Assembly: GCA_040402515.1 (NCBI GenBank)
Contig: JBBAML010000004.1
Location: 1 to 53,542, forward strand
Reading direction: 5' to 3'
DNA length: 53,542 nucleotides
DNA from: Rhodoluna sp.
GTDB taxonomy: Bacteria > Actinomycetota > Actinomycetes > Actinomycetales > Microbacteriaceae
Position numbers and translations under genes: made by a program. The notes under the pieces are model-generated. The model saw nothing but the letters and a program-made list of their open reading frames with translations. It made no database searches and was not told the origin of the DNA. Shown in pieces: positions 18,993-29,943 of the stretch (position 1 is its first letter; each line of letters opens with the position of its first letter).

Positions 18993-21839
18993 ATGACCGA
19001 TACATCGGCTTACACCGACGCCGGTGCAGCTAGTCAGGGGCGTAAGGGGCTCAAAATTGAGCGCATCTACACAACTGAGGGAGTTCACCCTTACGACCAG
19101 GTCACCTGGGAGTACCGAGACGTAGTACAGACCAACTGGAAGACTGGCGAGACCATCTTCGAGCAGCGCAGCGTCGAGTTTCCAGAGTTCTGGAGCCTAA
19201 ACGCGTCAACTATCGTTACCACCAAGTATTTCCGTGGTGCTCTAGGAACCGCAGCTCGTGAGTTCAGCCTTCGTCAGCTGATCGACAGAATTGTCCTTAC
19301 CTACACCAAGGGTGGACGCGACCACGGTTACTTTGCCTCTGAAGAAGATGCAACTATCTTTGAGCACGAACTTACCTACATGCTTGTCAACCAAATCTTT
19401 GCGTTCAACTCGCCAGTTTGGTTCAACGTTGGTACTTCAAGCCCACAGCAGGTTTCAGCTTGTTTCATCTTGTCGGTAGATGACTCAATGGAATCAATTC
19501 TTAACTGGTACCGCGAAGAGGGAATGATCTTCAAGGGTGGTTCAGGTGCAGGTCTTAACTTGTCACGTATTCGTTCATCTAAGGAACTTCTTCGTTCTTC
19601 AGGTGGTTCAGCCTCTGGTCCAGTTTCATTCATGCGTGGTGCTGATGCATCTGCAGGAACTATCAAGTCAGGCGGAGCAACACGTCGTGCAGCCAAGATG
19701 GTTGTTCTTGATGTTGATCACCCGGACATTGAAGAATTCATCGAGACCAAGGCTCGTGAAGAGGACAAGATCCGCGTACTACGCGATGCAGGTTACGACA
19801 TGGAGCTTGGTGGCAAGGACATCAACTCTGTTCAGTACCAGAACGCAAACAACTCTGTTCGTGTAAATGAAGAGTTCATGCTTGCAGTTGAGCACGGAAC
19901 TAAGTTCGGTCTTCGCGCTAGAACCAATGGTGAAGTAATCGAAGAAGTTGACGCTCGTGAACTTTGGGACAAGTTTGCAGAAGCTGCTTGGGCTTGTGCT
20001 GACCCTGGTATCCAGTACGACGACATCATCAACGACTGGCACACCACTCCAGAGTCAGGTCGCATCACAGCATCTAACCCATGTTCTGAGTACATGCACC
20101 TAGACAACTCATCATGTAACTTGGCTAGCTTGAACCTTCTAAAGTTCTTGAACCCAGATGGCACTTTCGACAGTCACAAGTTTGCGAAGTCATGTGAATT
20201 CATTTTCACCGCAATGGATATCTCAATCTGTTTCGCAGACTTCCCAACTGAAAAGATTGGCGAGACCACCAAGGCGTTCCGTCAGCTAGGTATCGGTTAC
20301 GCAAACCTAGGTGCGTTGTTGATGGCTATTGGTCTTCCTTACGACAGCACTGAAGGTCAGGCACTAGCAGCAGCGATCACTTCGTTGATGAGCGCATCTT
20401 CATACCGTCGTTCAGCTGAGCTAGCAGGTGTCGTAGGTCCTTACGACGGTTACGCTCACAACAAGGCAGGTCACGACCGAATCATGCGTAAGCACGAAGC
20501 TGCTAACGCAAGCATTCGTCCGGTTACCGAAGTTGACCGTGCAGTTCTAGAAGCCGCTACTCGCGAGTGGGCACTAAACACTGCCATCGGTGCAACCAAC
20601 GGTTGGAGAAACTCACAGGCGTCACTTCTAGCTCCTACTGGAACCATTGGTTTCATGATGGACTGTGACACCACAGGTATCGAACCAGACTTCTCATTGG
20701 TGAAGTACAAGAAGCTATCAACCGGTGGTTCAATGCAGATTGTTAACCAGACAATTCCGTTTGCTCTTCACCGTCTTGGTTACTCACAGGAGACCATCGA
20801 AGCAATCGTTGACCACATCAGCACCAACGGTCACGTTGTAGAGGCTCCAGGCCTAAAGCCTGAGCACTACGCAATCTTCGACACTGCTGTTGGTATCCGT
20901 GCGATCGAGCCAATGGGTCACGTAAGAATGATGGCAGCTGTTCAGCCGTTCCTTTCAGGTGCAATCTCAAAGACTGTAAACATGCCTGAGACTGCAACTG
21001 TTGAAGAAGTCAAGGAGATATACTTCCAGGGTTGGAAGATGGGTCTAAAGGCTCTTGCTATCTACCGCGACAACTGTAAGGTCGGTCAGCCACTTAGCGA
21101 TGCAAAGGCAAAGACAGAAGAGAAGGTTGTTGAAACTGCAACTGAATCTGCACCGCTGTCACATCCAGTTCGTAAGCGTCTACCTAAGTCACGTCCCTCT
21201 TCAACCACTTCATTCACTGTTGGTGGAGCTGAAGGTTACATGACTGCTGGTACTTACCCGGATGGCGTTCTTGGTGAAGTATTCCTAAAGCTTGGTAAGC
21301 AGGGTTCAACTCTTGCCGGTGTTATGGATGCATTCTCAATCGCGGTATCAATCGGTCTACAGTACGGTGTTCCACTAGAGACCTATGTGCAGAAGTTCAC
21401 CAACGTGTCCTTCGAGCCAGCTGGTCTAACTGATGACAAAGACATCCGTATGGCGAAGTCACTGATGGATTACATCTTCCGTCGTCTGGCTATTGACCAC
21501 CTACCGGTTGAAACTCGTCAGGCACTTGGTATCAACACTTCAACTGAGCGATCAGCTGCACTTGATTCATCAACTAGTTACCCAGCAATCGCTGAGTCAC
21601 CAGTTGAGACTGTGGCAGCTGCTGCACCAGTTGTTGAATCAAAGCCAGTTGTTATCGAACTAACAGTTGAGGAAGCACCAGTTGCTCCAAGACAGGTTCA
21701 CTCATCAGCTGAGTTGTTCGAAATGCTTCAGGGAACTGAGTCAGATGCTCCATTGTGCTTCAACTGTGGAATCAAGATGAGACCATCTGGTTCATGCCAC
21801 GTCTGCGAAGGCTGTGGATCAACTAGCGGTTGCAGCTAA
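18993..21839 (+). CDS. nrdJ: Adenosylcobalamin-dependent class II ribonucleotide reductase
   Basis: FNSP, SACFI, RRAAKM, SNPCSE, APTGT, ISKT.N, IYRD motifs; C-terminal Zn-ribbon CFNC..CHVCEGC. Confidence 0.97.
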   Translation: MTDTSAYTDAGAASQGRKGLKIERIYTTEGVHPYDQVTWEYRDVVQTNWKTGETIFEQRSVEFPEFWSLNASTIVTTKYFRGALGTAAREFSLRQLIDRIVLTYTKGGRDHGYFASEEDATIFEHELTYMLVNQIFAFNSPVWFNVGTSSPQQVSACFILSVDDSMESILNWYREEGMIFKGGSGAGLNLSRIRSSKELLRSSGGSASGPVSFMRGADASAGTIKSGGATRRAAKMVVLDVDHPDIEEFIETKAREEDKIRVLRDAGYDMELGGKDINSVQYQNANNSVRVNEEFMLAVEHGTKFGLRARTNGEVIEEVDARELWDKFAEAAWACADPGIQYDDIINDWHTTPESGRITASNPCSEYMHLDNSSCNLASLNLLKFLNPDGTFDSHKFAKSCEFIFTAMDISICFADFPTEKIGETTKAFRQLGIGYANLGALLMAIGLPYDSTEGQALAAAITSLMSASSYRRSAELAGVVGPYDGYAHNKAGHDRIMRKHEAANASIRPVTEVDRAVLEAATREWALNTAIGATNGWRNSQASLLAPTGTIGFMMDCDTTGIEPDFSLVKYKKLSTGGSMQIVNQTIPFALHRLGYSQETIEAIVDHISTNGHVVEAPGLKPEHYAIFDTAVGIRAIEPMGHVRMMAAVQPFLSGAISKTVNMPETATVEEVKEIYFQGWKMGLKALAIYRDNCKVGQPLSDAKAKTEEKVVETATESAPLSHPVRKRLPKSRPSSTTSFTVGGAEGYMTAGTYPDGVLGEVFLKLGKQGSTLAGVMDAFSIAVSIGLQYGVPLETYVQKFTNVSFEPAGLTDDKDIRMAKSLMDYIFRRLAIDHLPVETRQALGINTSTERSAALDSSTSYPAIAESPVETVAAAAPVVESKPVVIELTVEEAPVAPRQVHSSAELFEMLQGTESDAPLCFNCGIKMRPSGSCHVCEGCGSTSGCS

Positions 21840-21854
21840 AGACAAATCGTGATC

Positions 21855-21883
21855 AAGGGTCGGCTTTCGGGTCGACCCTTTTT
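21855..21883 (+). terminator. Intrinsic terminator after nrdJ
   Basis: AAGGGTCGGCT-TTCG-GGTCGACCCTT hairpin with UUCG loop followed by a T run. Confidence 0.88.
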
Positions 21884-21928
21884 CATTACCTAAGTACTAA
21901 TCGATTATTGGGAAGGTAACCTAGTCAG

Positions 21929-22933
21929 GTGCTATACAAACTCGCTTTCAAGCTGATCTTCTCGAATATGGATCCTGAAAAAGCACACCACTTTGGGATG
22001 TTTGTCATTCAAGCCGCATCAAAGCTAAGGCTCACAAAACTTCTGCCAAAGATTAGAACTCATAAGGTACATGCTCTTGGTTTTGAGTTTGACGGGGCAT
22101 TTGGTCTGGCCGCAGGTTTCGATAAAAATGCTTCTGCAGTCAAGGCACTTGGGGAGTTGGGTTTTTCACACATTGAAATTGGAACTGTAACGGCAATTGC
22201 TCAGCCAGGTAATCCGAGTCCACGCTTGTTTCGACTAATTCAAGATCGAGCACTAATCAACCGCATGGGTTTCAACAACAATGGTGCTGAAGTTGTTTCA
22301 CATCGTTTAAGAAAGCTCCGTGCAGCGAACAAATCACTTCCGGTGATTGGTGTCAACATCGGCAAGAGCAAAGTTGTGGAGTTAGAAAATGCTGCGGATG
22401 ACTATCGCACCAGCGCAAAGCTGTTAGCTCCATTTGCGGATTACTTAGCGGTGAATGTATCTTCACCGAACACACCTGGTCTTCGAGATTTACAATCGGT
22501 CAAATCCTTGAAACCTATTCTTGAAGCTGTGATTGATGAGTCTCTAGGTAAACCAGTGTTAGTAAAAATTGCGCCTGATCTAGCCAATGAAGACATCATT
22601 GCTATTGCAGATCTTTCAAAGCAGTTAGGTTTGGCTGGAGTTATCGCCACCAACACAACAATTGGTCGTTCAGGTCTACATGAGACTGCTAGCCGCATTG
22701 AAGATATTGGTAATGGCGGACTCTCTGGTGCTCCACTAAATACTCGTTCGTTAGAAGTGTTAAACCTGCTCCGTAACGAGCTTGATTCTTCGAGTGTGAT
22801 TATTTCTGTCGGGGGAGTCGAAACTAAAGAGCAGGTTCAAGAAAGACTAAAAGCCGGAGCAACCCTTGTTCAGGGATACACCGGCTTCGTATACTTCGGT
22901 CCGCTTTGGGCTAGAAAATTAAATCGAAATTAG
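21929..22933 (+). CDS. pyrD: Quinone-dependent dihydroorotate dehydrogenase (class 2)
   Basis: DPEKAH, GLAAGFDKN, INRMGFNN, NVSSPNTPGLR, KIAPD and GGLSG motifs. Confidence 0.97.
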   Translation: MLYKLAFKLIFSNMDPEKAHHFGMFVIQAASKLRLTKLLPKIRTHKVHALGFEFDGAFGLAAGFDKNASAVKALGELGFSHIEIGTVTAIAQPGNPSPRLFRLIQDRALINRMGFNNNGAEVVSHRLRKLRAANKSLPVIGVNIGKSKVVELENAADDYRTSAKLLAPFADYLAVNVSSPNTPGLRDLQSVKSLKPILEAVIDESLGKPVLVKIAPDLANEDIIAIADLSKQLGLAGVIATNTTIGRSGLHETASRIEDIGNGGLSGAPLNTRSLEVLNLLRNELDSSSVIISVGGVETKEQVQERLKAGATLVQGYTGFVYFGPLWARKLNRN

Positions 22934-23931
22934 ATCAATCTAGCTTCAGGTGATTTAGTTTCCTTTGGATCGGTAACAGCAATGCTCGCAAAAATGTTCG
23001 TAACCTTCGCCATCACTTCTGCAGGAATTTCAACACCAACAGCACCAAGGTTGCTCTTGATTTGATCTGGTGTCGTTGCTCCAACAATTGCACTAGAAAC
23101 GTTCTTGTTTTGAAGCACCCAGGCAAGTGCGAATTGAGCCATTGTGACACCAAGCTCTTCAGCAATTGGCTTTAGCTCTTGAACTTTAATCAGTACTTCA
23201 TCGGTAAGAAGCCTTTGAATGAAACTGTTTACCTTTTCATTAGCCGCTCTGGAGTTTTCAGGAACTGGTTGACCTGGCAAATACTTTCCGGTCAAGACAC
23301 CTTGAGCCATGGGAGACCAAACTATCTGGCTGATTCCAAGTTCCTCACAGGTAGGGATGACTTCAGCTTCGATTACGCGCCAAAGCATTGAGTACTGAGG
23401 CTGGCTGCTGATTAGTTGGAAACCAAGTTCTTTTGAAAGTTTGTGCCCAGCTCTAATCTGTTCTGCGTTCCACTCAGAAACACCGATGTATAGGGCTTTA
23501 CCTTGGCGAACGATGTCGGCGAATGCCTGCATTGTTTCTTCAAGAGGTGTCTCTACGTCGTAGCGGTGTGCTTGGTAAAGATCTACGTAATCAGTTTGTA
23601 GTCGCTTCAGAGAGCCGTTGATTGACTCCATGATGTGCTTACGAGAGAGCCCGGTGTCGTTAGGCTTCTTCTCTGAGACAGGCCAGTAAACCTTGGTCAG
23701 AATTTCTAGACCTTCACGACGCTGACCCTTTAGTGCTTCACCCAGAACTACTTCAGCAGCCTGGTTTGCATAAACATCTGCGGTGTCAAATGTAGTGATT
23801 CCACCATCGAGTGCTGCGTGCACTGTTGCGTATGCTGCATCGTTTTCAATCTGGGTTGCGTGAGTTAGCCAGTTTCCATAAATCAATTCACTGACTTTGA
23901 ATCCGCTGTTACCTAGGTATCTGTATTGCAT
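22930..23931 (-). CDS. Aldo/keto reductase (Kv-beta/Tas-like)
   Basis: FDTADVY, TKV, SLKRLQTDYVDLYQAH, GVSEW, QPQYS and WSPMAQG motifs. Confidence 0.95.
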   Translation of the reverse strand: MQYRYLGNSGFKVSELIYGNWLTHATQIENDAAYATVHAALDGGITTFDTADVYANQAAEVVLGEALKGQRREGLEILTKVYWPVSEKKPNDTGLSRKHIMESINGSLKRLQTDYVDLYQAHRYDVETPLEETMQAFADIVRQGKALYIGVSEWNAEQIRAGHKLSKELGFQLISSQPQYSMLWRVIEAEVIPTCEELGISQIVWSPMAQGVLTGKYLPGQPVPENSRAANEKVNSFIQRLLTDEVLIKVQELKPIAEELGVTMAQFALAWVLQNKNVSSAIVGATTPDQIKSNLGAVGVEIPAEVMAKVTNIFASIAVTDPKETKSPEARLI

Positions 23932-23949
23932 TTCGAACTCCTTGAATTG

Positions 23950-24498
23950 TTATTTAGAATTCTTGCGAGGTCCTGGCTTTGGAAGTCGCAGAGGTCGTGG
24001 CTGCATTCCTCTGGTGACTGTGTAGAAATAGTTTCCACGCTGAATCTTGGTGTCTTCGCCTAGTTTTTCGCGTATCTTCGCAACTGACTTGCGGTTGATG
24101 ATGGCTGCCTCAATTGATACTGCAAACAGAGCCAAGATCATCACGACAGTGATGATGTTTTTGGCGTTGTCATCGGTAAACGAAGTCACTACCAAGAAGA
24201 CGATCATCAAAGGCATTAGACCCTCGATTAGTGTGTATCGGTTGTCTAGGACATCGCGAATGATCTTGCGCTGAGGGCCACGGTCACGAGGAAGTAGATA
24301 CCTTTCATCACCAGCAATTGCGAGCTTTCTAGCCTTCTCACGTTCAGCTTTCTGAGCTTCACGGGCGGCTTCTCTAGCCTCTTTGCTCCGGTTACCAACC
24401 AGTGGGCGCTTGTTAGCTGCTTCTCGTTCTTTTCTGGTGGGGGTGGGGCGACCTTTACCGCTAACTGTTTTAGTATCAGGTTTCTTCGGGTCGCTCAT
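23950..24498 (-). CDS. DUF3043 family membrane protein
   Basis: GKGRPTPTRKE N-terminus, GDERYL.PRD.GP, two TMs, R.LRLPKP; usual actinobacterial position near erpA/cta. Confidence 0.88.
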   Translation of the reverse strand: MSDPKKPDTKTVSGKGRPTPTRKEREAANKRPLVGNRSKEAREAAREAQKAEREKARKLAIAGDERYLLPRDRGPQRKIIRDVLDNRYTLIEGLMPLMIVFLVVTSFTDDNAKNIITVVMILALFAVSIEAAIINRKSVAKIREKLGEDTKIQRGNYFYTVTRGMQPRPLRLPKPGPRKNSK

Positions 24499-24541
24499 TT
24501 ATGTCCTTAGTTTTCTTGCCGTTGTGTTCTAGATTACTCTC

Positions 24542-25966
24542 ATGACATTCTCTCCAGAGCCAATCTCAGATTCAGCCATTACATCCAATTCAGATCTCTC
24601 CAAAAAGGTTAGGGACCGTGTGGAGAGTGAGTTCACCCAGCGGGTTGCAACCCTTGGGAAACTTGTTCGTATTCCAGGTATTGCCTGGGATGCCTTCGAT
24701 GCCAACGATCTAGTCCGAAGCGCTGAGGCCGTAGCGAAATTATTTGAAGAGACCGGTGTCTTTGACAAAGTTGAAATCAAGACAGCAACGGTTGATGGAA
24801 AGCCTGGTGCTCCTGCTGTCCTAGCTTCAAGGCCAGCTAAAAACGGTAAACCTCATGTTCTGCTCTATGCACACCACGATGTTCAGCCACCAGGAGATGA
24901 CTCAGTTTGGGAAACACCAGCCTTCGAGCCAACTGTCAAAGATGGCCGTATCTACGGTCGAGGAGCAGCCGATGACAAAGCTGGTGTTGTTGCCCACTTG
25001 GCTGCAATTGACGCCCTCAAGGCTGTAATAGGGGATGATTTTGACCTTGGAATCTCAGTCTTCATCGAAGGTGAGGAAGAAGCTGGGTCTAGGACATTTA
25101 GGGCTTTCTTAGAAGAAAACAAGGCAAAATTGGCCGCTGACGTAATCATCGTTGCCGATTCAATGAACTGGTCTCCTGAAGTTCCTGCTCTGACTGTCTC
25201 TCTTCGAGGTATGGTCTCCCAGGAAATAACCGTTCGGACCATGGAACACGCTGTCCACTCTGGAATGTTCGGTGGGGCAGTGCCAGATGCCATGATCCCT
25301 ATGCTCAAGGTTTTAGCCTCGCTACACGACGAAAAGGGAAGTGTTGCGGTTTCAGGCCTTAAGACCCACAAATTCGAGGATCTGCCATACACAGACGCCA
25401 ATTTGCGGGCTGACAGCAGTCTTCTGCCTCAGGTGAGCCAAATTGGCGAGGGCGGCATCATGGATCGTATCTGGGGTAAGCCATCGATTACAGTCATAGG
25501 TTTGGATGTTCCATCTGTTGCAATGTCCTCAAACACGCTGCTCCCAGCTGTTTCAGCCAAAATTAGCCTCAGAATCGCCTCAGGACAGGACCCAGACGAG
25601 GCACTTGAGCTCCTCAGAGCTCACCTAACGGCCAACATTCCATTCGGTGCAGTCCTTGAATTCGGTGAAATTGAGACTGGAAAGCCTTATTTGGCTGACA
25701 CTTCAGGCTGGGCTTCCGTTCTGAAGAAGCAGGCTCTAGGGGCGGCATTTGGTAATCCAGCTATTGAAATCGGGATCGGTGGATCAATTCCATTCATTGC
25801 TGACCTAACTGAGGTATTCCCAGCCGCTCAAATACTCGTAACGGGAGTTGAAGACGCTGATTCCAGGGCTCACAGCCCTAACGAGTCAGTCCATTTGGTT
25901 GGACTGAAGAACGCCATGGTTGCCGAAGCTCTGTTCCTGGTAGCTTCCAATGAACTGAAGGGCTAA
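24542..25966 (+). CDS. M20 family dipeptidase
   Basis: YAHHDVQP, GRGAADDKAG, EGEEEAGS, HSG.FGG, GGSIP and AHSPNE motifs. Confidence 0.94.
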   Translation: MTFSPEPISDSAITSNSDLSKKVRDRVESEFTQRVATLGKLVRIPGIAWDAFDANDLVRSAEAVAKLFEETGVFDKVEIKTATVDGKPGAPAVLASRPAKNGKPHVLLYAHHDVQPPGDDSVWETPAFEPTVKDGRIYGRGAADDKAGVVAHLAAIDALKAVIGDDFDLGISVFIEGEEEAGSRTFRAFLEENKAKLAADVIIVADSMNWSPEVPALTVSLRGMVSQEITVRTMEHAVHSGMFGGAVPDAMIPMLKVLASLHDEKGSVAVSGLKTHKFEDLPYTDANLRADSSLLPQVSQIGEGGIMDRIWGKPSITVIGLDVPSVAMSSNTLLPAVSAKISLRIASGQDPDEALELLRAHLTANIPFGAVLEFGEIETGKPYLADTSGWASVLKKQALGAAFGNPAIEIGIGGSIPFIADLTEVFPAAQILVTGVEDADSRAHSPNESVHLVGLKNAMVAEALFLVASNELKG

Positions 25967-26020
25967 AACCTGTCTTTTCCCAGATATTCGGTTTAGAATT
26001 GGAACGAAAATAGGAGAAAA

Positions 26021-26383
26021 ATGACTGACACACTTACTCACGGGCTTGAAATCACTGATGCGGCTAAGGCTGAATTGCGTCGTCACATTGAATCTGCTGA
26101 CCTATCAGACCTTGCTGAGGGGGAGAAGCTACGACTTAGAGTCGAAGTCAAAGTCGGCGGTTGCGCTGGCTTCCAGTATTTGCCGTTCGTGCTAACTCCT
26201 GAACTTCGCGAAGATGACCTAGTAAAGGACTTTGACGGGGTTGAAGTTGTCGTTGACGGCATGAGTGCTCCTTTCATCAACGGCGCGACTTTTGATTTCG
26301 TTGACACATTCCAGAAGCGATCATTTGAGATTGATAACCCAAACAGCCAGGGTACCTGTGCCTGCGGTTCATCTTTCAACTAA
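26021..26383 (+). CDS. A-type Fe-S carrier (HesB/IscA/ErpA family)
   Basis: GGCAG and NPN...TCACGSSF cysteine motifs. Confidence 0.93.
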   Translation: MTDTLTHGLEITDAAKAELRRHIESADLSDLAEGEKLRLRVEVKVGGCAGFQYLPFVLTPELREDDLVKDFDGVEVVVDGMSAPFINGATFDFVDTFQKRSFEIDNPNSQGTCACGSSFN

Positions 26384-26483
26384 AAAGTATTCAAACTGAC
26401 TACTTTCGCCTGTGTTTTGGCACGAAGCCCGCTTGCTAACGCCTAAACTTGGAATATAACGATTTGAAATTGAAGGGTCGATT

Positions 26484-27347
26484 GTGCTTCCTAAGCGCCG
26501 ATTGAAATGGGCAGCCCTGCCTATTGTTTCACTGCTCCTAATCTCACTAACCGGTTGCAGTTCATACGAGTTTTCTCGTGGATTCCTCCCTGGTGAACCA
26601 GGTGTCACCAACCACACAGACCGTATAACCAGCCTTTGGGTAGGTTCTTGGCTTGTGCTCTGGGGTGTTGGAATTATCGCTTGGGCCTTGATGTTTTACG
26701 CAATTATCGTCTACCGCAGACGTAAGGGCGACAAGGAAATCCCACCTCAGCTTCGCTACAACATGCCAATTGAAACCCTTTTCACAGTGGTTCCTTTTAT
26801 TTTGGTTATCGGCTTCTTTGCCCTTACCGCAAGAGACATGGCAGCAATTGAGCAGCCGGTTGACAGCGACTACCGAATTGAAGTAGTTGGCAAGCAGTGG
26901 TCTTGGGACTTCAACTACACAGACAACAACGTTTTTGACAGCGGGATCCAGTATCAGGAAGACGGTACTGAAGCAGAACTACCAACCCTCTACTTACCGG
27001 TCGATAGAACAATCGAAATTGATCTAGTTTCTAGAGACGTAATTCACTCATTCTGGGTAATTGACTTCCTTTACAAGAAGGACGTCTTCCCAGGTCGAGT
27101 CAACAAGATGTATTTCACCCCGCAGGTTATCGGCGAATACAAGGGTAAATGTGCCGAACTCTGTGGTGAATTCCACTCAATGATGCTTTTCAACGTGAAG
27201 GTCGTATCTCAAGCTGATTACGACACCCACATTGCAAACCTTGCTGCTCAGGGCTTCACTGGCCAGGTTCCAGCATTGCCAGATGACCCAGAGAACCTGA
27301 ACAGAAACAGCAATCTGCCAGGTGACAACCCAGAGATTCGGGGATAG
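26484..27347 (+). CDS. ctaC: Cytochrome aa3 oxidase subunit II
   Basis: Lipobox LTGC, two TMs, QWSW, DVIHSF, CuA motif [12 protein letters not shown]. Confidence 0.97.
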   Translation: MLPKRRLKWAALPIVSLLLISLTGCSSYEFSRGFLPGEPGVTNHTDRITSLWVGSWLVLWGVGIIAWALMFYAIIVYRRRKGDKEIPPQLRYNMPIETLFTVVPFILVIGFFALTARDMAAIEQPVDSDYRIEVVGKQWSWDFNYTDNNVFDSGIQYQEDGTEAELPTLYLPVDRTIEIDLVSRDVIHSFWVIDFLYKKDVFPGRVNKMYFTPQVIGEYKGKCAELCGEFHSMMLFNVKVVSQADYDTHIANLAAQGFTGQVPALPDDPENLNRNSNLPGDNPEIRG

Positions 27348-27352
27348 TACAA

Positions 27353-29008
27353 ATGACTACCGTTAAGCAATCTAGAGGTCGAATCGTAGTCGATTGGCTA
27401 ACTACAACTGATCACAAGAAGATCGGTTACCTTTACCTAATCACGGCCTTTATTTACTTCCTAATCGCTGGTGTAATGGCTTTGGTTATTCGAGCCCAGC
27501 TTGCAATGCCTGGACTCAGCATCGTTGAGACTAAGGAGCAATACAACCAGCTCTTCACAATGCACGGAACCATCATGCTTTTGATGTTTGCAACTCCGTT
27601 GTTTGCTGGTTTTGCTAACGTCTTGATGCCAGTTCAGATTGGTGCACCGGATGTTGCTTTCCCAAGATTGAATGCAATTGCTTACTGGTTCTACTTCTTC
27701 GGTTCATTCATTGCAGTTGCAGGTTTCTTCACACCGCAAGGTGCTGCTTCTTTCGGATGGTTTGCTTACGCACCACTGTCTAGCACTACTTTCTCACCTG
27801 GTTTAGGTGGAGATCTGTGGGTATTTGGACTAGCACTTTCTGGTTTCGGAACAATCATGGGTGGTGTGAACTTCATCACAACCATCATCACTATGCGTGC
27901 TCCAGGTATGACCATGTTCCGCATGCCTATCTTCACTTGGAACACTCTGGTGACCTCAATCCTTGTCATCATGTGTTTCCCACCTCTAGCAGCAGCTCTA
28001 TTTGCTCTTGGTGCAGACCGTAAGTTTGGTGCTCACATCTTTGATCCTGCAAATGGTGGACCAATGTTGTGGCAGCACCTGTTCTGGTTCTTTGGTCACC
28101 CAGAGGTATACATTCTTGCGTTGCCATTCTTCGGTATCGTGTCTGAGATCTTCCCGGTGTTCAGCCGTAAGCCGGTCTTCGGTTACAGAACTCTTGTTTA
28201 TGCGACCATCGCGATTGCGGCTCTTTCGATGACCGTGTGGGCTCACCACATGTATGTCACCGGATCTGTTTTGCTACCATTCTTCGCTTTCACAACAATG
28301 CTTATTGCTGTTCCTACTGGTGTGAAGATATTCAACTGGATTGGAACTATGTGGCGAGGTTCTGTCACGTTTGAAACTCCAATGCTTTGGAGCTTGGGCT
28401 TCTTGACCACATTCATCTTTGGTGGACTAACTGGTGTAATTCTGGCTTCTCCTGCTTTGGACTTCCACCTTTCCGATTCATACTTCGTAGTAGCTCACTT
28501 CCACTACGTAGTGTTTGGAACTGTTGTGTTTGCAATGTTCGCTGGTTTCTATTTCTGGTGGCCAAAGATGACTGGAAAGATGCTCAACGAGCGTCTAGGA
28601 AAGATCCACTTCTGGCTATTGTTCATCGGTTTCCACGCAACATTCCTAATCCAGCACTGGCTGGGTGTTATCGGTATGCCTAGACGCTATGCAACTTACC
28701 TAGAGACCGATGGTTTCACTTGGATGAACCAAGTTTCAACGGCTGGTGCAGCGCTGCTTGCTCTTTCAATGCTTCCATTCGTTTGGAACGTTTGGATCAC
28801 ACACCGCAATGGAGCAAAGGTTGAGCTTGATGACCCATGGGGTTACGGACGTTCACTTGAGTGGGCAACAGCAACTCCATTCCCAAGACACAACTTCACA
28901 AGCATTCCAAGAATCAGAAGCGAGTCTCCAGCATTTGATTTGCACCACCCGGATTTTGCTGACCCAGCTTCTTTACCGCAAGACGCTCCAAAGGTGAAAG
29001 TTAAATAA
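27353..29008 (+). CDS. ctaD: Cytochrome aa3 oxidase subunit I (A1 type)
   Basis: [31 protein letters not shown] and GMPRRY motifs. Confidence 0.99.
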   Translation: MTTVKQSRGRIVVDWLTTTDHKKIGYLYLITAFIYFLIAGVMALVIRAQLAMPGLSIVETKEQYNQLFTMHGTIMLLMFATPLFAGFANVLMPVQIGAPDVAFPRLNAIAYWFYFFGSFIAVAGFFTPQGAASFGWFAYAPLSSTTFSPGLGGDLWVFGLALSGFGTIMGGVNFITTIITMRAPGMTMFRMPIFTWNTLVTSILVIMCFPPLAAALFALGADRKFGAHIFDPANGGPMLWQHLFWFFGHPEVYILALPFFGIVSEIFPVFSRKPVFGYRTLVYATIAIAALSMTVWAHHMYVTGSVLLPFFAFTTMLIAVPTGVKIFNWIGTMWRGSVTFETPMLWSLGFLTTFIFGGLTGVILASPALDFHLSDSYFVVAHFHYVVFGTVVFAMFAGFYFWWPKMTGKMLNERLGKIHFWLLFIGFHATFLIQHWLGVIGMPRRYATYLETDGFTWMNQVSTAGAALLALSMLPFVWNVWITHRNGAKVELDDPWGYGRSLEWATATPFPRHNFTSIPRIRSESPAFDLHHPDFADPASLPQDAPKVKVK

Positions 29009-29418
29009 TGAAGACGAATGTAAAAATCTTTAACCTACTAACAGTTTTCTATTTAGTAGTTGCAGCCGTCTATGGTTACTGGTCAAACCTTGTTTACGGT
29101 GAGATCGAAGTTATCGGTTTTGCCGCCATTGGAATGCTAGTTTTCCTAACCGGGTTCCTATCCTTTTACCTAGGAAAGACTGCAAAGAACTTTACTGGCC
29201 CTGAAGACATGCCAGATGCAAACATTGAAGACGGTGAAGCTGAGATGGGTTTCTTCGCACCATGGTCTTGGTGGCCACTAATGCTAGGCATTGGAGGAGC
29301 TTTGTGCTTCACTTCACTTGCTGTTGGCTGGTGGATGTTCATAATCGGGTTCCCATTAGCTATCGTTGCTTTAATCGGTTTCGTGTTTGAACACTCAAGA
29401 GGATTACACGCTCACTAA
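29008..29418 (+). CDS. ctaF: Cytochrome c oxidase subunit 4 (actinobacterial)
   Basis: PED...A.IEDG...GFF.PWSWWP motif; follows ctaD. Confidence 0.93.
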   Translation: MKTNVKIFNLLTVFYLVVAAVYGYWSNLVYGEIEVIGFAAIGMLVFLTGFLSFYLGKTAKNFTGPEDMPDANIEDGEAEMGFFAPWSWWPLMLGIGGALCFTSLAVGWWMFIIGFPLAIVALIGFVFEHSRGLHAH

Positions 29419-29424
29419 GAATTT

Positions 29425-29943
29425 CTAAAGAGCCCCGAGTAACTTTCTAAGTTGCTTGGGGTTTTTTATTGTGTAGTTTTCTGTGTCTGCAGATTCTTGC
29501 AGCAACTTTGTGTATTCCAAATGTCTCCCTGCGTGAGAAAGGTATGCGAAGAGGATCGGGTTAAGCTCAGGATCGGTTGAGACGAGGAATCTGAATTGTT
29601 CTCTATTGCCTGACCAGAGTTCCTGTCTAGTGATTACCCTAATCAAACTCCTACGAGTAAGTCTTGAAACCACTAGCCATCGAGGGTAATCAAGAAATAT
29701 TAGAACATCTCCAGGGCTAGGGGATATTCCTTTGGATGCGAAATTGCCATCCATGACCACAGATCCCTTATCGAGCTCGTTCTGGAGGAGGGCTCTAAGT
29801 TCAGAAGGTTCTCGCTTGACCCAATTCGGTAACCACATCAGGTCGTCTATTTCAACATACTTGAGTCCAACCAATTCGGCTATTTGTTTTGCTGCTGTAC
29901 TCTTCCCAGAACCAGAAGTGCCCACCACAAAATAGTTCTTCAT
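29425..29943 (-). CDS. P-loop nucleotide-kinase-like protein (adenylate kinase/FlaR-like)
   Basis: GTSGSGKST P-loop, EIDDLMWLPNW, VMDGN, IFLDYP and ELWSGNRE motifs. Confidence 0.8.
   Translation of the reverse strand: MKNYFVVGTSGSGKSTAAKQIAELVGLKYVEIDDLMWLPNWVKREPSELRALLQNELDKGSVVMDGNFASKGISPSPGDVLIFLDYPRWLVVSRLTRRSLIRVITRQELWSGNREQFRFLVSTDPELNPILFAYLSHAGRHLEYTKLLQESADTENYTIKNPKQLRKLLGAL
29433..29467 (+). terminator. Intrinsic terminator of ctaCDF, overlapping the antisense kinase gene
   Basis: CCCCGAGTAACTT-TCT-AAGTTGCTTGGGG (13 bp, two G-U pairs) followed by T6, 14 nt after the ctaF stop. Confidence 0.7.

Noticed and set aside
21590-21700. Repeated CCAGTT units in nrdJ
   Set aside because: They encode a Pro-Val/Ala low-complexity linker before the Zn-ribbon, with irregular spacing.
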